Below, in pieces: positions 8,416-21,731 of a stretch of DNA of 64,000 nt. Where the stretch lies: positions 23,746,001 through 23,810,000 of the forward strand of contig NC_135763.1 in the NCBI RefSeq assembly GCF_052425735.1. The letters are read 5' to 3'. A program made the position numbers and the translations under genes. The notes beneath the pieces were generated by a model. That model worked only from the letters and a program-made list of their open reading frames with translations. It ran no database searches and was not told where the DNA came from. The stretch comes from Oculina patagonica. Its lineage: Eukaryota. Every line of letters begins with the position of its first letter. The stretch's first letter is position 1.

Positions 8416-11075
8416 ATGGCCTCTAAGACCTTGCTTATTCTTTGCCTTGCGGCCCTTTTGACACCACTTTTGGCTTTGCCTTTACCAATGCAAAATGGTA
8501 AGATGCGATTATATGTTTCATTAATTTCATACTCTTACTGTTTTGTTCTACTGGTCGACACTATAAACTGGTTTTGAATGCTACTCTGTCATTTCTTATA
8601 TCTGAAGACACAACTTATACATTAAGAACGTAGTAAGTTGCCTCAGGTCTTTTCAGGGGAACATATGAAAGATAGATTCTTATTTCATAAGGTCTTGTAT
8701 TTTCTTTGATAGAATTAAACAAATTCCGATGTCCACGTTAAGGATGAAACTAATATAGCAGTATTCCGACTTTCAACGTAATATTGATGACAGAATTAAT
8801 TTTCTTTCGTACAATTTATTAGTGTCATTACCTTTATTGATAGTGCAGATTTCAGGTGATACAAGTTTAAACACATTAATTTAACTTGATGAGGCTTTTA
8901 AAGCAAAGTTGAAAATATTGTATAAATCATTTTTGGATCAAATGAGAGCTGATGTAACTGTTCATGCTATGTTTTTCATCAAAAACGTACAAAGGTATTT
9001 TAACTTTACCGCATTACTTTAAAGATAAATAAAATGACTCAAACACGCCGCTATTTTCTTTTTTCAAAGATGTAATGGACGACAGTGGCAGTGGCGAAGA
9101 TAGAAGTGGTGAAAGTGGCGAAGAGGGAAGCTCAGAAAATGAAAGTGGAGACGACAATAATGGTAAGATATTTTAAAACAGTTTTCACTTTTATAGGCGT
9201 CATATACTAAACAATGGCTTAAACCCGAAACGAAACGAAAGGAAAGCAAAGGAAAGGAAACCAACTCAACAAATAAAAGCTAACCGCAAGTAAACCGGAG
9301 TGGAGCTAACCTCAAACAAACCGGAGTGAAAGCTAACCGCAAGCAAGACGGGATAAAAGCTGACCGCAAGCAAGTCGGAGTGAAATACTGTGATTTCGTT
9401 TCGCTTCGGGTTTTAGTACATCCCGTTTTAGCTCGTTTAAGACTGACGTTATTCCTTCAATATTCCAAACCGTTCAGTTTATATCACCTACGTGATGTAA
9501 TTTTTCCTTTGATGCAGCCGAAAAAATAATCCACCAAGATGAAAAACTTCATACTGTTGCCATGGGGTGTTTTCATAGTCTAGTTTAAAATATTTTAGTA
9601 GCTAACGCTGTATTTTAGAATAATAAATGGAAATTATATCTGAAATGTTCAAGCCTATACTCACATGAACAAAACGTTTGTGTACTAGTCGGTTTTCTAG
9701 GAAAAAAAACTGTTGAGGTTTTTATAACATCACTAACAAATGTAATTTTAAATGCCACGACGTTCATGCAGATAACTTAAGATTTTTCAGGTATTAATCA
9801 CATACAATTTATTCTTATGATACAGATAACGAGATTGGCGAAGACTCAGGAGATGACAGTGGTGACGAAAATGACAGTGAGAGTGGCGAGGAGTCTGGAG
9901 ACGACAACGGTGATGGAAATGATGATGAAAGTGGCGAGGAGTCTGGAGACGACAACGGTGATGATGAAAGCGGCGAGGAGTCTGGAGATGACAACGGTGA
10001 TGGAAATGATGATGAAAATGGCGAGGAGTCTGGAGACGACAACGGTGATGGAAATGAAGATGAAAGCGGCGAGGAGTCTGGAGACGACAACGGTGATGGA
10101 AATGATGATGAAAGTGGCGAGGAGTCTGGAGATGACAACGGTGATGGAAATGATGATGAAAATAGCGAGGAGTCTGGAGACGACAACGGTGATGGAAATG
10201 ATGATGAAAGCGGCGAGGAGTCTGGAGACGACAACGGTGATGGAAATGAAGATGAAAGCGGCGAGGAGTCTGGAGACGACAACGGTGATGGAAATGATGA
10301 TGAAAGCGGCGAGGAGTCTGGAGACGACAACAGTGATGGAAATGATGATGAAAATGGCGAGGAGTCTGGAGACGACAACGGTGATGGAAATGAAGATGAA
10401 AGCGGCGAGGAGTCTGGAGACGACAACGGTGATGGAAATGATGATGAAAGCGGCGAGGAGTCTGGAGACGACAACGGTGATGGAAATGAAGATGAAAGCG
10501 GCGAGGAGTCTGGAGATGACAACGGTGATAACGGAAATGACGGCGATAATGACGAGGAATCTGGAGATGACAGCAGTGATGGAAATGACAATGGCAATGG
10601 CGAAGACTCAGGAGATGACAACGGTGATGGAGATAATGATGAGAATGATAGCGATGGTGGCGACGAGTCGGGTGATGAGAACGGTGATGATGGAAATGAC
10701 GGAGATAATGATGAGGATGCTGGAGATGACAGCGGTGACGAAAATGACAATGATGGTGACGAAGAGTCTGGAGATGACAACAATGATGGAGATGACGATG
10801 ACAATAATGAAGATAGTGGCGAAGAGTCAGAGGAGGACAGTGGCGATGGAAATGAAGACGGCGACGAAAGTGGCGATGGAAATGACACTGGTGACAATGA
10901 CTATGTACAAGGGGATGGCAACAATGTTGACGTGGTTGACGAATTCGGAAGTGGAGCACAAGGTGTCGGATTCGACAGTTTACTTGCTATGAATAGCGGA
11001 TTTGCAATGAGTGGAGGACTTGCGTCGATATTTATGTCAACAGTAATATGCTTACTTTCAAACATGTACTACTAG
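8416..11075 (+). CDS. Secreted acidic protein gene 1 (Asp/Gly/Glu/Ser/Asn-rich, GPI-like tail), ~474 aa; SAP1-like candidate skeletal matrix protein
   Basis: Exons 8416-8497, 9070-9162, 9826-11075, GT-AG, phase 1/1, in frame. Signal peptide MASKTLLILCLAALLTPLLA-LPLP; about 13 copies of the 48-bp unit SGEESGDDNGDGNDDE; tail ..AMNSGFAMSGGLASIFMSTVICLLSNMYY*. Confidence 0.9.
9219..9417. mobile_element. Small MITE-like inverted repeat in intron 2 of gene 1
   Basis: TAAACCCGAAACGAAACGAAA ... TTTCGTTTCGCTTCGGGTTTTA with internal AGCTAACC(G/T)CAA repeats. Confidence 0.55.
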
Positions 11076-13155
11076 TTTTCTTACTAGTGTTCTCAATGCA
11101 GGCCATAAACTGAAACCGAATTTCGCGGTGCGAAATTTTAAGTGATACAATGATCGTTAAGTCAAAAGCAGACTAAAAAATATATAGCTGATGTTAAACG
11201 AACACAATTTGCCTTTAGATGGATAGATGGCAAACGAACTACATTTGCCTTTAGATGAATATAACTTTTCTTCAACAGCTTAGTTCAGAACGTACGAACT
11301 TTGTCTTAAGACGAATTTAACTTTTTTAGTTGCTAATTTCAAAAAGATTGCAAAAATATCTATTTACGCCCCACGGTAAAAAGAATTATATTCAATTTCT
11401 TTGACCGCATATTTTTCCAAAATATGAACGTTTTTGTAAATAAATATTTTACTATATTATATTATTTTATAATCTATTTTATTTATTTTACAGTGAGAAC
11501 TGTTCGTTGCACTCGTAGGTAAAAAATAAAATGTGAACTTCACCATAGCCTGCTTTGTTTGCCTTGATGTTAAATGGGTTTGAAATGCAGCTTTTTTACT
11601 AGAGAAACCCCGTTAAGGCCGGAAAACAAGGTAAATGTTTACCCTTGCTGTCGTGCCAGGAAGATTTTATGAGACTTTGAAAAAATGATTGTTCCTCATG
11701 CAACTCAAATGTTTCTCACAGAACATGCTAGTCAGTTGCAGAAGTTACTCAAAAATAAGTGAATCAATGTCTTCAATTGGAATCACAACATTAGAAAGAA
11801 TGAAAACTGTACCTTTTGATAAGGCGTCGGTGCAGTAAACTGCACCATATACCTTGCTGTTTTATTAAAATATGCAAGTCGACAGCTTCGAATATTTTAT
11901 GACAGTGAAATTAAAATGGAACTTTACCCTTCACGGATTTAATGATTGTGAGTTAGGCATTTATAAATTCAGCACGCACACAGATACTCGCCCTGCTAAG
12001 GCCATCCCAATAAAATGTTTCGTTTCCCATCGCCCCTTCTCTTGTGATCGTGGGTCGGTCGGTTGGGCAAAAAAAAAGTATGAACACTTTAAGGGGTCTG
12101 GGTTCATTAAAGAAGCCAGGAGATGCAGAACTCAAAGATTTCGTTTCAGTAGATCTCGCTGAGAATGTTAGAACAATCGTTAATGCCCTTGGCGCGAAAC
12201 AGCCTTTGAAAAACTAAGAATCAAGCTAGGACACCACGTCATACCAATTGTTGTTAATAAAACAAGATCGTATGCTTGTATTAAAGTACTTGCCTCTTTG
12301 ACTAGTGAAACTGGAATTTTTTTACATTTCGAAAAAATGGATCGGTCAGGCGATGGGAAACGAAACACGAATAGATCTAATCTTAATGTCATTTAATTGC
12401 GAGGCATTTCCTGTTGTTCGACACTCTGTGGGCTGTAGATCCCTGACCAATCAGGAGACCGTACGTGTCCAAGTCCTGAATACAAGACTAGTGATCTGTT
12501 ACATGCGGTCCTTCCTGCTATCGCCATCATGCTGTGATAAACCATCTTGAAGACGAGTTGTAAATCAAGTCATTTTTGTGCGATAGGTCTGGATACACAG
12601 GTTACGCCAACACCCGGTTCAATAAGTTAGTTCTAGGTCATTTATTTATTCGACAAGAAGATTTTGAAAGTCACCCTCAAGGAACGGAATTTAGCGCTCC
12701 AAATTACGGCGCCCGCTGCAGTAAGTTGGCATGGCTTTAGCTAGCCTGTTCCAGGCTTTTGGTAGTTGGGGGAGAGCGAAAAACATCGGTGAGCCTGGAA
12801 CAGGCAAGGCTTTAGCCTGCGTCGCAGAAGGAATCTAACCCCGGCTAGTAGGCGCAGGCTAGCATGGCTTACGAGGGCGTACAGGGGCAAAAACGATTAA
12901 ATATGATCTGCAAGTCGTATAATCTATCCACTCTGACATAAACCCTATTCACACTAAAGCTAAAATACGTTTAAAACCTGTTAAGTTAAACACGGTTTAA
13001 AGTTGTTTACCTCGCTGAAGTTGCTAACTGATGTTTGTAAAAATTAAACTTAGCACAATGAAAGCACTAGTAAGAGCTCACTTGAACCCATTTGTAAAAT
13101 TTTAATTATAATTTATTTAGTCTTTCAGTTTTCTGTTGCTGATTTTCATTATGTT

Positions 13156-13399
13156 AAGCCCGGGCCAAACGAGGATGAGAACTCTCACTCTCGCTTGGCA
13201 CGGAACTGTCATGCACTCTCATCGACTCTCGTGCGCTCTCATGCGCTCCCATTGACTTTGAACGTGTTTAAATTTTTCATGAGAGTCGATGAGAGTTTTC
13301 TCTCGTTTGACCCGAGTTGATGAAAGTCGATGAGAGTTGACGTAAACTCTCATGAGAGTCAACTCCCATCAACTCTCTTCCTCGTTTGGCCCGAGCTTT
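13156..13399. mobile_element. MITE, nested in a larger degenerate inverted-repeat element (~12940-13450)
   Basis: TIRs AAGCCCGGGCCAAACGAGGA / TCCTCGTTTGGCCCGAGCTT; internal CTCTCAT repeats. Confidence 0.7.
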
Positions 13400-13733
13400 A
13401 AACCTGGTTTAGTTTAGCTGAACATGTTTTGGTGGTGTGAATGGTGTGATAGTTATTGTGCACCTGGGCATGTCCAACTACTCCGCTCCCTATGCCGGCC
13501 AACAAACAACCATTTGCAAGTAAAGCATTGCCTTTAGGTAGTAGGGTGAAACCCAAAATAAAGAGCAAAAGTTAGGCCAATGAGTATATAGATTTGGGGG
13601 TCACGCTTTCCATCTACTCAAATACTGATAAATAAAAACCCTCAGCTAGCTTATCACACCAATCCCAGTTGACACTGGAGCCCTATCAACCCTACAAAAA
13701 TCACATCTTCAATCAATTGCTGTCAGCCTTTAA

Positions 13734-14575
13734 AGTGCTATACTACTACTATGATGAAATTCGCATTTTTTTTCGTAGCTGTTTTAAAATATTAGAAAAG
13801 TTTTCTTTATACGAAGAAAAATGACGTTTACTCTTTTCCAATATCTCTTTTCTTTCCATAGATATTCAAGTTTTTAAAATACTGTATGTCACAACCTCGT
13901 TCCCAGGGCTATTCCCTTGGAAATTTGGAACGGTTGTGTATGTCAAAATATATTAATATGAAGAAAGTGATATCGCAGCCAATTTGCATGAAAAGTCTCT
14001 GATTCTTTCCAGTAACACTCTGCTAGTTGTTTTTCGCAATATTAACTTAACAATTTGGTTACCTTGGCGATATACTTGGTTCCAGACCCCCCATGTTAAA
14101 GGCTTTTCTGGCCAATTCTGGCATTCTTTTTTGATTTTTGCCAATGATGCTTTACATGCATGCGTGATCTGACAAGCATAGTGGGTTAATAGACTTGGTA
14201 GACGTCTCGCCAGGCTTCATTTTTCCGAACTGAAAAATTTTATTATATTAAAACCAAAATTGTAGGGACTGGAAAAGAGTGAGTTGCCATGGTAACATAA
14301 TTTTATTATAACTATAAGTGTGTCATCTGTAGAACTATTAGTCTGCCAAGTTTCATTGGTCTCTGCAGAAAAATGTCCGAGATAACTCAAATTTTGTACT
14401 CGACATAAAATGGGGTTGAGTATATGACGTCACCAGCCCCCTAATTTGCATAGTGTACTATGTTTTTCAAGTTTTAGTATCTCCGGAACTAAAATAGACA
14501 TTTTAAAACAGAAAACGCCATTTTGAATCTTTCACTTAAAGTTGCAAGGGCTGAAAATTTGATCATAGTAGCACT
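13734..14575. mobile_element. Non-autonomous DNA transposon with TTAA TSD (Kolobok-like)
   Basis: TTAA|AGTGCTA(TACTACTA)CTATGATGAAATT ... AATTTGATCATAGTAGCACT|TTAA. Confidence 0.75.
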
Positions 14576-16959
14576 TTAATACAATTGTAGCCATTTTATT
14601 CAGAAAGATTCCCGAACGAAGCTGCCGAGGTAATGGAATATTTTGAGATTATTCGCGGCATTTCGGCATTTCATTGAATGATACTCGAAGAACAATAGCT
14701 GTCAGTTATACTCCATTCAACATGCAGGGCCAGAACTTAAGCGAAGCAACAATAGTGTTAAAAGGCTAGTCTCAACTCCTATGGTGGCAAGACTTAGGTA
14801 AACAACAAAATCTACCAAAAATCAAACATTTCATAGAGATGAAACAATGAGCTCAAGATCAACTTGGAATTAAAGCATACAGCTGAATCTCTAGCATGTA
14901 TAACTCAGCAAGGTAAATGACCGATACTTGTTTTAATAAAAGCATTATGTTGAACAGGGCCCGGACAGGAAGGTTTGAGGGTGGTAATTTCAAAGACCTT
15001 AACTTTAAAGATGTTATCCACCAAAGATGAAGGATGCCCGGTTATTCTTTTTATTAAAAGTAGCTCAACCAAACAATGACGGCTCATTTGCCATGACCGT
15101 CACGAAAATAAAACAAAAACGGAAGCTTGCCTTCGGTGAGTTCAATATTATGGAACACACGGCAAACTGTCCATAGTCTGCGGATATTCTAAAATCTTAG
15201 GGCGGTGTATTCCATCCGGCCGCTCCGTTAGAGCGGAAGCATTTTTGCCCAAATTAAATGTGCCTAACAGTGATAAGGATATTGTAATAGATGAGCCAGT
15301 ATTCTTTGTGAAAATTATAGGCACGCATACGGGCAATGTCTAAAACAAATATGCTTTTAAAGAGTCCTTTCCACTCCAATGAACTAGCATCAACTGACAA
15401 CCGTAAAATTAATTTCAGCGTACGTAGCTGTGTTATCTGACTTTGCGGTACATAACTAATAATTATTTTGCAGTAAACGAATAGATTCACACGTTGGACG
15501 ATAACAAAGTTTTAAGATATATATCAATATGGGCTTCCATATTGCATATTTTCCTTTGTCTCAAAATACTTAGTATGTTCATTTTTATGATGAGACTTGT
15601 TATACCCATTTCTTTGTCAGAACCCTTTTAAATAACGGTTCAAGTTGTTGCAATGGAGTTGATACACATAAAATTATCTCAAGCTAGGAAATAATAGTTA
15701 ACCAAAATATGTATCTTTGAGCTTCATACGAATATATGCATAAGAAGCTTAAGGTAACTTGAACTTCGACTTTTTTTTCAGCGACGCCATCAACTGTCCG
15801 TTGTGGCTTATTCTTTATTTACGACCTTTATAGCTTGAAATGATGAAATTGTTGTTAACTCGTTTACCTTGGTCTCCGATACTAAGGGATGAATGCGAAG
15901 AGAATCCAAGTGCGTCTGTTGATAAGCGGACACATCAAAGCTAAACTGATATAGTTACTGTAAAGAAGCTTTAATTTTCAATGTTTTAAACGTTTTGGGT
16001 ATAAGTTCTTTATCGAGACGTCTTAGTTGGAGAAAAGTGATTTTTGCGGGGGATTGGTAGTTCATTGGTTAATTAGGTTTGCTGCATAACTGCAAAGTAC
16101 TTGTAAGACATGGTACATGCGCTAACAATATGTCAACAGTGTCTACTGTATTGATATAAATAACAGTGTTTTTATAGAATAACCTGGTGGCTAAATACTC
16201 GGGGATCTCCCACAGTGGACTATACGGGGTGACCCAAAATAGGGTCTCTTTTTTCAGGCTGAAGGTATATAAAGGCGTAGGGACAAAGATAGCATCAAGA
16301 CAGTCATTTTCATTGACAAATTTACTCCTTTGTGTGCCACGGGCGCCACACCTCAGGACTGCAAGGATGCCTCCAATCGTACACCATTCTACAAAAGGCG
16401 TAGGGATTCTATAAAGGCGTAGGGATTCTCAAGTTGGAGAGTTCGCATTATTTGCATCGTCTCTCTTCCCAGCGCAAATAAACGTCCTTTTTTTTCAACT
16501 GTCCTTCTACCGGAGAAGAATCTTCCACGAAACAAATTTCGTCACACAGAAGGACGCCCTGTTCTTCCTTCACTTTCATTATATTCTGTAAATTCAATTT
16601 ACAACAATTCCTTAGCCCAGAACATGCGAAGAAAAACATAAAAAAAATGGGTACCAGAAAGCACTATTTTTATTCACGGGGTAAAAATCAAGAGTTATTT
16701 TTTGTAGAAATTAGGCAAGAAAATTCATAATTTTACCTACATGGCTTCGGCATCAGTTTGTGCGCGAAGGACAGCAAATATATTCGCAAGCCCAAATAAA
16801 TACCAACTTCTAAACACCAAAACAAGAATAACATAAGGGACCAGCTTACAAAGTAACATAAATAAAAACAAAATAACGGTGGCATTGAGAGTACAGTCGT
16901 CAGCGAAAGTCTTTAATGACTGTGCCTTTCATCTTTGTTACTGCTTGCTGTAGACGCTG

Positions 16960-17470
16960 ATTCAAGAGATCCCCATCTGTCCTGTACCTGATAGTGTGCA
17001 TAACAGAGAACATGATGCTAAAGAACGTCGGCGTTAATACTCAGCCATTTTTCACTCCGTTTGTCACTGGTAAGGCATCTGATGTTTCTCCATCGTCCTG
17101 TACATGGCCGCTATATCATCATGGAACTGACGCACCATGGTGATGAATCGATCTGGACATCCAAATTTGGCTAAAATCTTCCAGAGACCCTCTCTCCTAA
17201 TGGTGTCAGAGATCAAGATCAACAAAGGTGTTGTAGAGGTCCATGTGAGCTGTCTAACTGCAAAGATCATGTCCACTTTTCATCTACCAGCACGAAAGCC
17301 ACACTGAGGTGTCGCTGTTCGAGATGCTGGATGAAGAGGTTGAGGAGGACTCTGGCAAGAATCTTGCCGGTTATCGACAAGAGCGATACACCTCGGTGAC
17401 TGTTACAGGACTGGTGGTTCCCTTTCCTTTTGTAGAATGGTGTACGATGGAGGCATCCTTGCAGGTCTGA
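16960..17470 (-). mobile_element. Degenerate RTE-clade LINE reverse transcriptase fragment
   Basis: Frameshifted motifs HRGVSLLSITGKILARVLLN, DMIFAVRQL, DTIRREGLWKILAKFGCPDRFITMVRQFHD, PVTNGVK. Confidence 0.85.
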
Positions 17471-18391
17471 AGTATGGCGCGTTTGGCACACAAAAGAGTA
17501 AATTTGTCAATGAAAATGACTGTCTTGAAGCTATCTTTGTCGTCAGACGTATTGAATAAGGTTGTATAGAAAAAAGGAAATGGAAATGTTTTTTTAGAAA
17601 TTTTTTTGGTAAAACCTAAGCAATTTGCAGTAAAATAAAATATTTCATTGTGTTGGTCACACGGACGAATCCGTCGCAACCTCCTCCCTACGGAACTGTT
17701 GTTCAACTTGTTTACCGTCCTTAGATACAAAGCGTTGCAGGCAACACGAATGCAAATGCATCTATTTTTCTGATATCTAACGGGATCCATAATCCGAGAA
17801 ATCAAATGGTTATTAATGTTTGACCATAGTATGATTTCTTAAAACATTCAAAAGTTTATTTATCCATTTTTTATTATGTACATTGTATACTGTACATGAC
17901 AAATTAAGCTGAATTAAAATGAACGTGTGCTAACAATATGTTTACAATGTGTACCATATTGGATTGAACAAAACAGTTGGGATAAATAACAGTTTCTATG
18001 AAACAAAACAACGCGACTAAATACAGACAAGGATCTTCACAATGGAAATTATGAGGTACTTGAAAGAAAATGAAGTTAAAAAAAATGAACTGAAGAAAAT
18101 AGTAATTGTAATTAAATTAAATTAATGATTAAATAACATTAAATTAAAAATTGTAACTATGATCGTAATTCATCCGACGTTATTTTTCATTAGATCAATA
18201 CCTGCTTTATGAGTGTTTCTAAAATTAAAGCGATCTCTTCGCATAATATAGCTTTAACTGATAATACTCAAGATTGAATTTAAGCGATAAGAGTAATTCT
18301 TGATCTACTGATAAGTCGTTAAATTGCGATGCAGAAAAAGAAGACATCATTAAGCAAGTTAGATCCGCAGAGATAGTGTCAAAAAAGAGAT

Positions 18392-21300
18392 ATGGCATCG
18401 AAAACTTTGCTTTTCTTTTGTCTTGTGGCTTTGTTGAGACCTCTCTGGGGTTTCCCTTTACCAAGGAATGACGGTAAGACATGGTTAAATGTACTCTGAA
18501 GTCTTTTTCCAGTTTTGGAAAGTTTTGGAAAGTATGCGCCATTTGGTCTCTTTCAGGAATTGAAACATGATACACTTGCTTTCTTTGGCAGCTGGAATGC
18601 CAAGTTTCACTATATTATGGATTATTTTCAAAGAGATCAAATTTTTCTTAAAAAATTAACACGAGAGTATGCATTCATTTCCCGATATTATGGCCTGACT
18701 TTTTGTATGACTAAACTTTTTATTCCAAAGTCACGAACCCAGAATTCTTTAAGTTCTAAGAAAACTAGTCTAGAAAGATCAGATCCGACCGTGTTGTTGC
18801 GCAGTATTTGAGGGTTTTTTTTTGCGCATGTGTTGAGCGATCGTCGAAGATCGTAGATGTTTAAGACCATTGGAAAAAAAACGGATTTGGTCATACTGAT
18901 GCGCTACTCCTACTACATTACATTAACGCATCACTTTATCCAAATAACAAATCGATGACCAAATGACCAAGATATCATAGTAATAATAATAATAACTTTA
19001 TTTAACGAGGGTAAAAACACTTTACAGTTAAAAACTGAGAAACTAGTGGCCCTCATTATATTATACAATTAAAATGACTAAAAACAAAGTACTAAAATAG
19101 AGTTTAACTTAAGAAATAGAGAAATGGTCGAGACCACGTAAGACCTAAGGTAATTTACATAATTATTTTTAAAAAGCTTTACCGTGAAAAACCCTTAAGA
19201 ATTATGGGTAACAGTGAATTTTTTTCATTTGAAGGAAAATATAAATGCTGTTGTTTTCCAAAAGTAAATAAGGTCACAAATCGAGTTCCTTTCTGCTCGC
19301 AAAATTAACGGGAGAAAGCTATCAACATAGCCATGTGGTGGGCCTGACCAGGGCTTGAGCCCGGACCGCCCGATCCTAAGAGTACAGCCCAGCGCACTAA
19401 TTATTAGGCCACCACGTCCCTCGGGAGGGGACATGTAGCAGGGACAAATTCCCAACATATGCACACAAGGGACAATATTTTGCAGGGATGCGAAGTTCCC
19501 TTGTGTGAACAGTACATGATTTTGCCCGTGCTTGTCGCTGCGCTATGACCCTGTCACACCTTTCGTGTGTACCGATCTGTAAAAAAAGCATGATGGCGAA
19601 TTTTGATTTCTTGTCTAGTCTGCTCTTAGCATGAAGTTTACATTTGACGGTTGATGAAACATCCGTCCTCTTTGCTAATGTCACTAAACAGATTTCGAGT
19701 ACAGGACCATCTCTACAGTATTTGGCGCCAATCAGTTGTAGTGTTAACCTGTCTGCTCGGAAGGCCGTTATTAACAAGTGTCTACTCCATTCTTTCTCCA
19801 GTCTCTCGTTTCCACTAGCCCAACGTAACGCTGTAGTTCTGACCCACTTGAAACTAACATGACTAAAGGGGCCGGTACTACTAGCAATTGCAAAATCACA
19901 AAACCAACTGTTCATACTAAAGATAGTTTACAGTATGGCATTTTATTTTTAGGCTGCTTTGGGGTCACCAAATGGAACGATGCCAGTTGTATTGAATAAG
20001 GCCACCTATACTTACAGTAATCATGCAAACGTTTCTTAGAAATGATGGGGAATTGTTAGAGGGTAAAGCAAATGAACATAAATGCACAACAATATGTCAA
20101 ATCCAACAAAGTTTCTCTTTCGAAAGAACGTTACATTTAAAGTTTAGCTCCCTAAAGGGGAATAAAAGGAGTTTTATAAACTTATAGTTCACGAATGGAT
20201 TGACTTATCTTACCATACATTTGTAACAACTTATGTTTTGTGTAGTGTCCCTAGTTAGCATTTACAAACTGAATTTTAAAATTAAGTTGGTATATTATGT
20301 AAAAGGTATTAATTTTGTATCAACCCAATTCACGGCTTACCAAACAAATTAATTTTGTCATCGTTTCGGTGAAATGAGAACCGCGGTGTGGCTTTCCTTT
20401 CTTTATACGGACATCAAAATTTAAATTCTGAAACTTGGACACAAAAAACACATGACACCGATTTCTAGTCCGTAAAATACAGCACAGATGTTTCTTCAAA
20501 ACCCTCAATACAAAGAAGACATTTTTAGATAGAGGACCCACATGAAAACCAGCTAGCGCTGATGTGGCATCCTCACAAGTTTCTACCAGGTTCATACATA
20601 CAGCCAATGCAGCAATTCTTTTTATAACGTTTTTGAAGTGAAGGGTTTCCGTGTGATCTATCTCCAAATAAGGAAACTGAAAACTTGCAACATAGCAAAT
20701 TGTTTCATGTACTAATACATTGAAAGAATCAATAATTTCTGATCGCCCTTAAGTTAAGCGAGAATAATTTGTTGTCGGGGATCATAAAAAATGTTCGATA
20801 TCAATTCAATGGTGTTGCTGTAACAGATAAACGAAAAACAAAAATAAAACTCGGCTTTCACACGTCGGTCAGAAACGGGTTGCTATGAATGGATCATACC
20901 TGTATGTTCCGACCAATAGAGAAATGGCTTAAAATTATTATTTTTTATTCCTGAAGATGCTGATGATGACGATGTTGAAGATGCCGATGATGATGATGCT
21001 GGAGACTCCCGCAATAATGCAGTTGCCATTGCTGTCATGGTTGGTGCTGAAGAGGCCAGTGGTGCTGGCGCTGTTGGTGAAGGTGCGAGTGGTGCTGAAG
21101 AAGTTGATGAAGGGAGGAAGGAGAAGTTGATGAAGCGGAAGAAGGTACAGAAGTTGATGAAGCAGAAGAAGGTACAGAAGTTGATGAGGTCGAAGAAGGT
21201 ACAGAAGTTGATGAGGTCGAAGAAGGAAGTGGTGCAGGTGGTGTTGGTGGTGGCGATACACCCCCTGCACCTGTACGTACACCTGCAGCAGCTGGCGGTG

Positions 21301-21731
21301 ATGCTGGTGGTCTTGGTGCTATCGTTAAACACTCAGCCCCTGTACCTAAATCTGCTACAGCAGGTGGTGGTGCTGGTGTAACTCGAGAAGCTGGTGCTCC
21401 AGGTGTTTCTCCAGATACCGGTGCTCCCGGTGTTGTTCCAGATACCAGTGCTCCTGGTGTTGCAACAAATAGCGGTGCTACTGGTGTGTTCACAGATGCT
21501 GTTGCTCCTGGTGTTCAGAAAAACGCTGCTAAAGCTGGGTTTGCCACTGGTGTTGGTGCTGCAGATGCCGGGAATGCTGGTGATGCCAAAGATGCTGATG
21601 ATACTGGAGAGGAAAAAGAAGAACAAGAAATCGACGTGGATAGCTTAACGTCAGGTGGATTGTCCATTAACCGAAAGTTTGGTTCTATCTGTTTGTGCAT
21701 AATTTCATGCTTCCTATTCAACAAGATTTAG
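18392..21731 (+). CDS. Secreted acidic protein gene 2 (Asp/Glu N-part, EVDEAEEGT repeats, Gly/Ala/Pro-rich region, GPI-like tail); one apparent 1-bp frameshift
   Basis: Exon 1 18392-18473 MASKTLLFFCLVALLRPLWG-FPLPRND|gtaag; exon 2 from 20957 (phase 1) to TAG 21731; frame breaks at GGG 21112-21114; tail DSLTSGGLSINRKFGSICLCIISCFLFNKI*. Confidence 0.78.
19345..19413 (-). mobile_element. tRNA-derived SINE head (degenerate)
   Basis: Reverse strand GGTGGCCTAATAATTAGTGCGCTGG...CCGGGCTCAAGCCCTGG (A/B box-like). Confidence 0.5.

Noticed and set aside
9880-10530. CRISPR-like appearance of regular repeats
   Set aside because: Head-to-tail coding tandem repeats without unique spacers, in a eukaryotic intron-containing gene; no cas genes
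9787-10992. Long His/Arg-rich, Ser/Pro-rich and Met/Thr-rich ORFs in the ORF track
   Set aside because: Shadow frames of the 48-bp coding repeat; the real frame is the D/E/G/S frame reached by splicing from the signal-peptide exon
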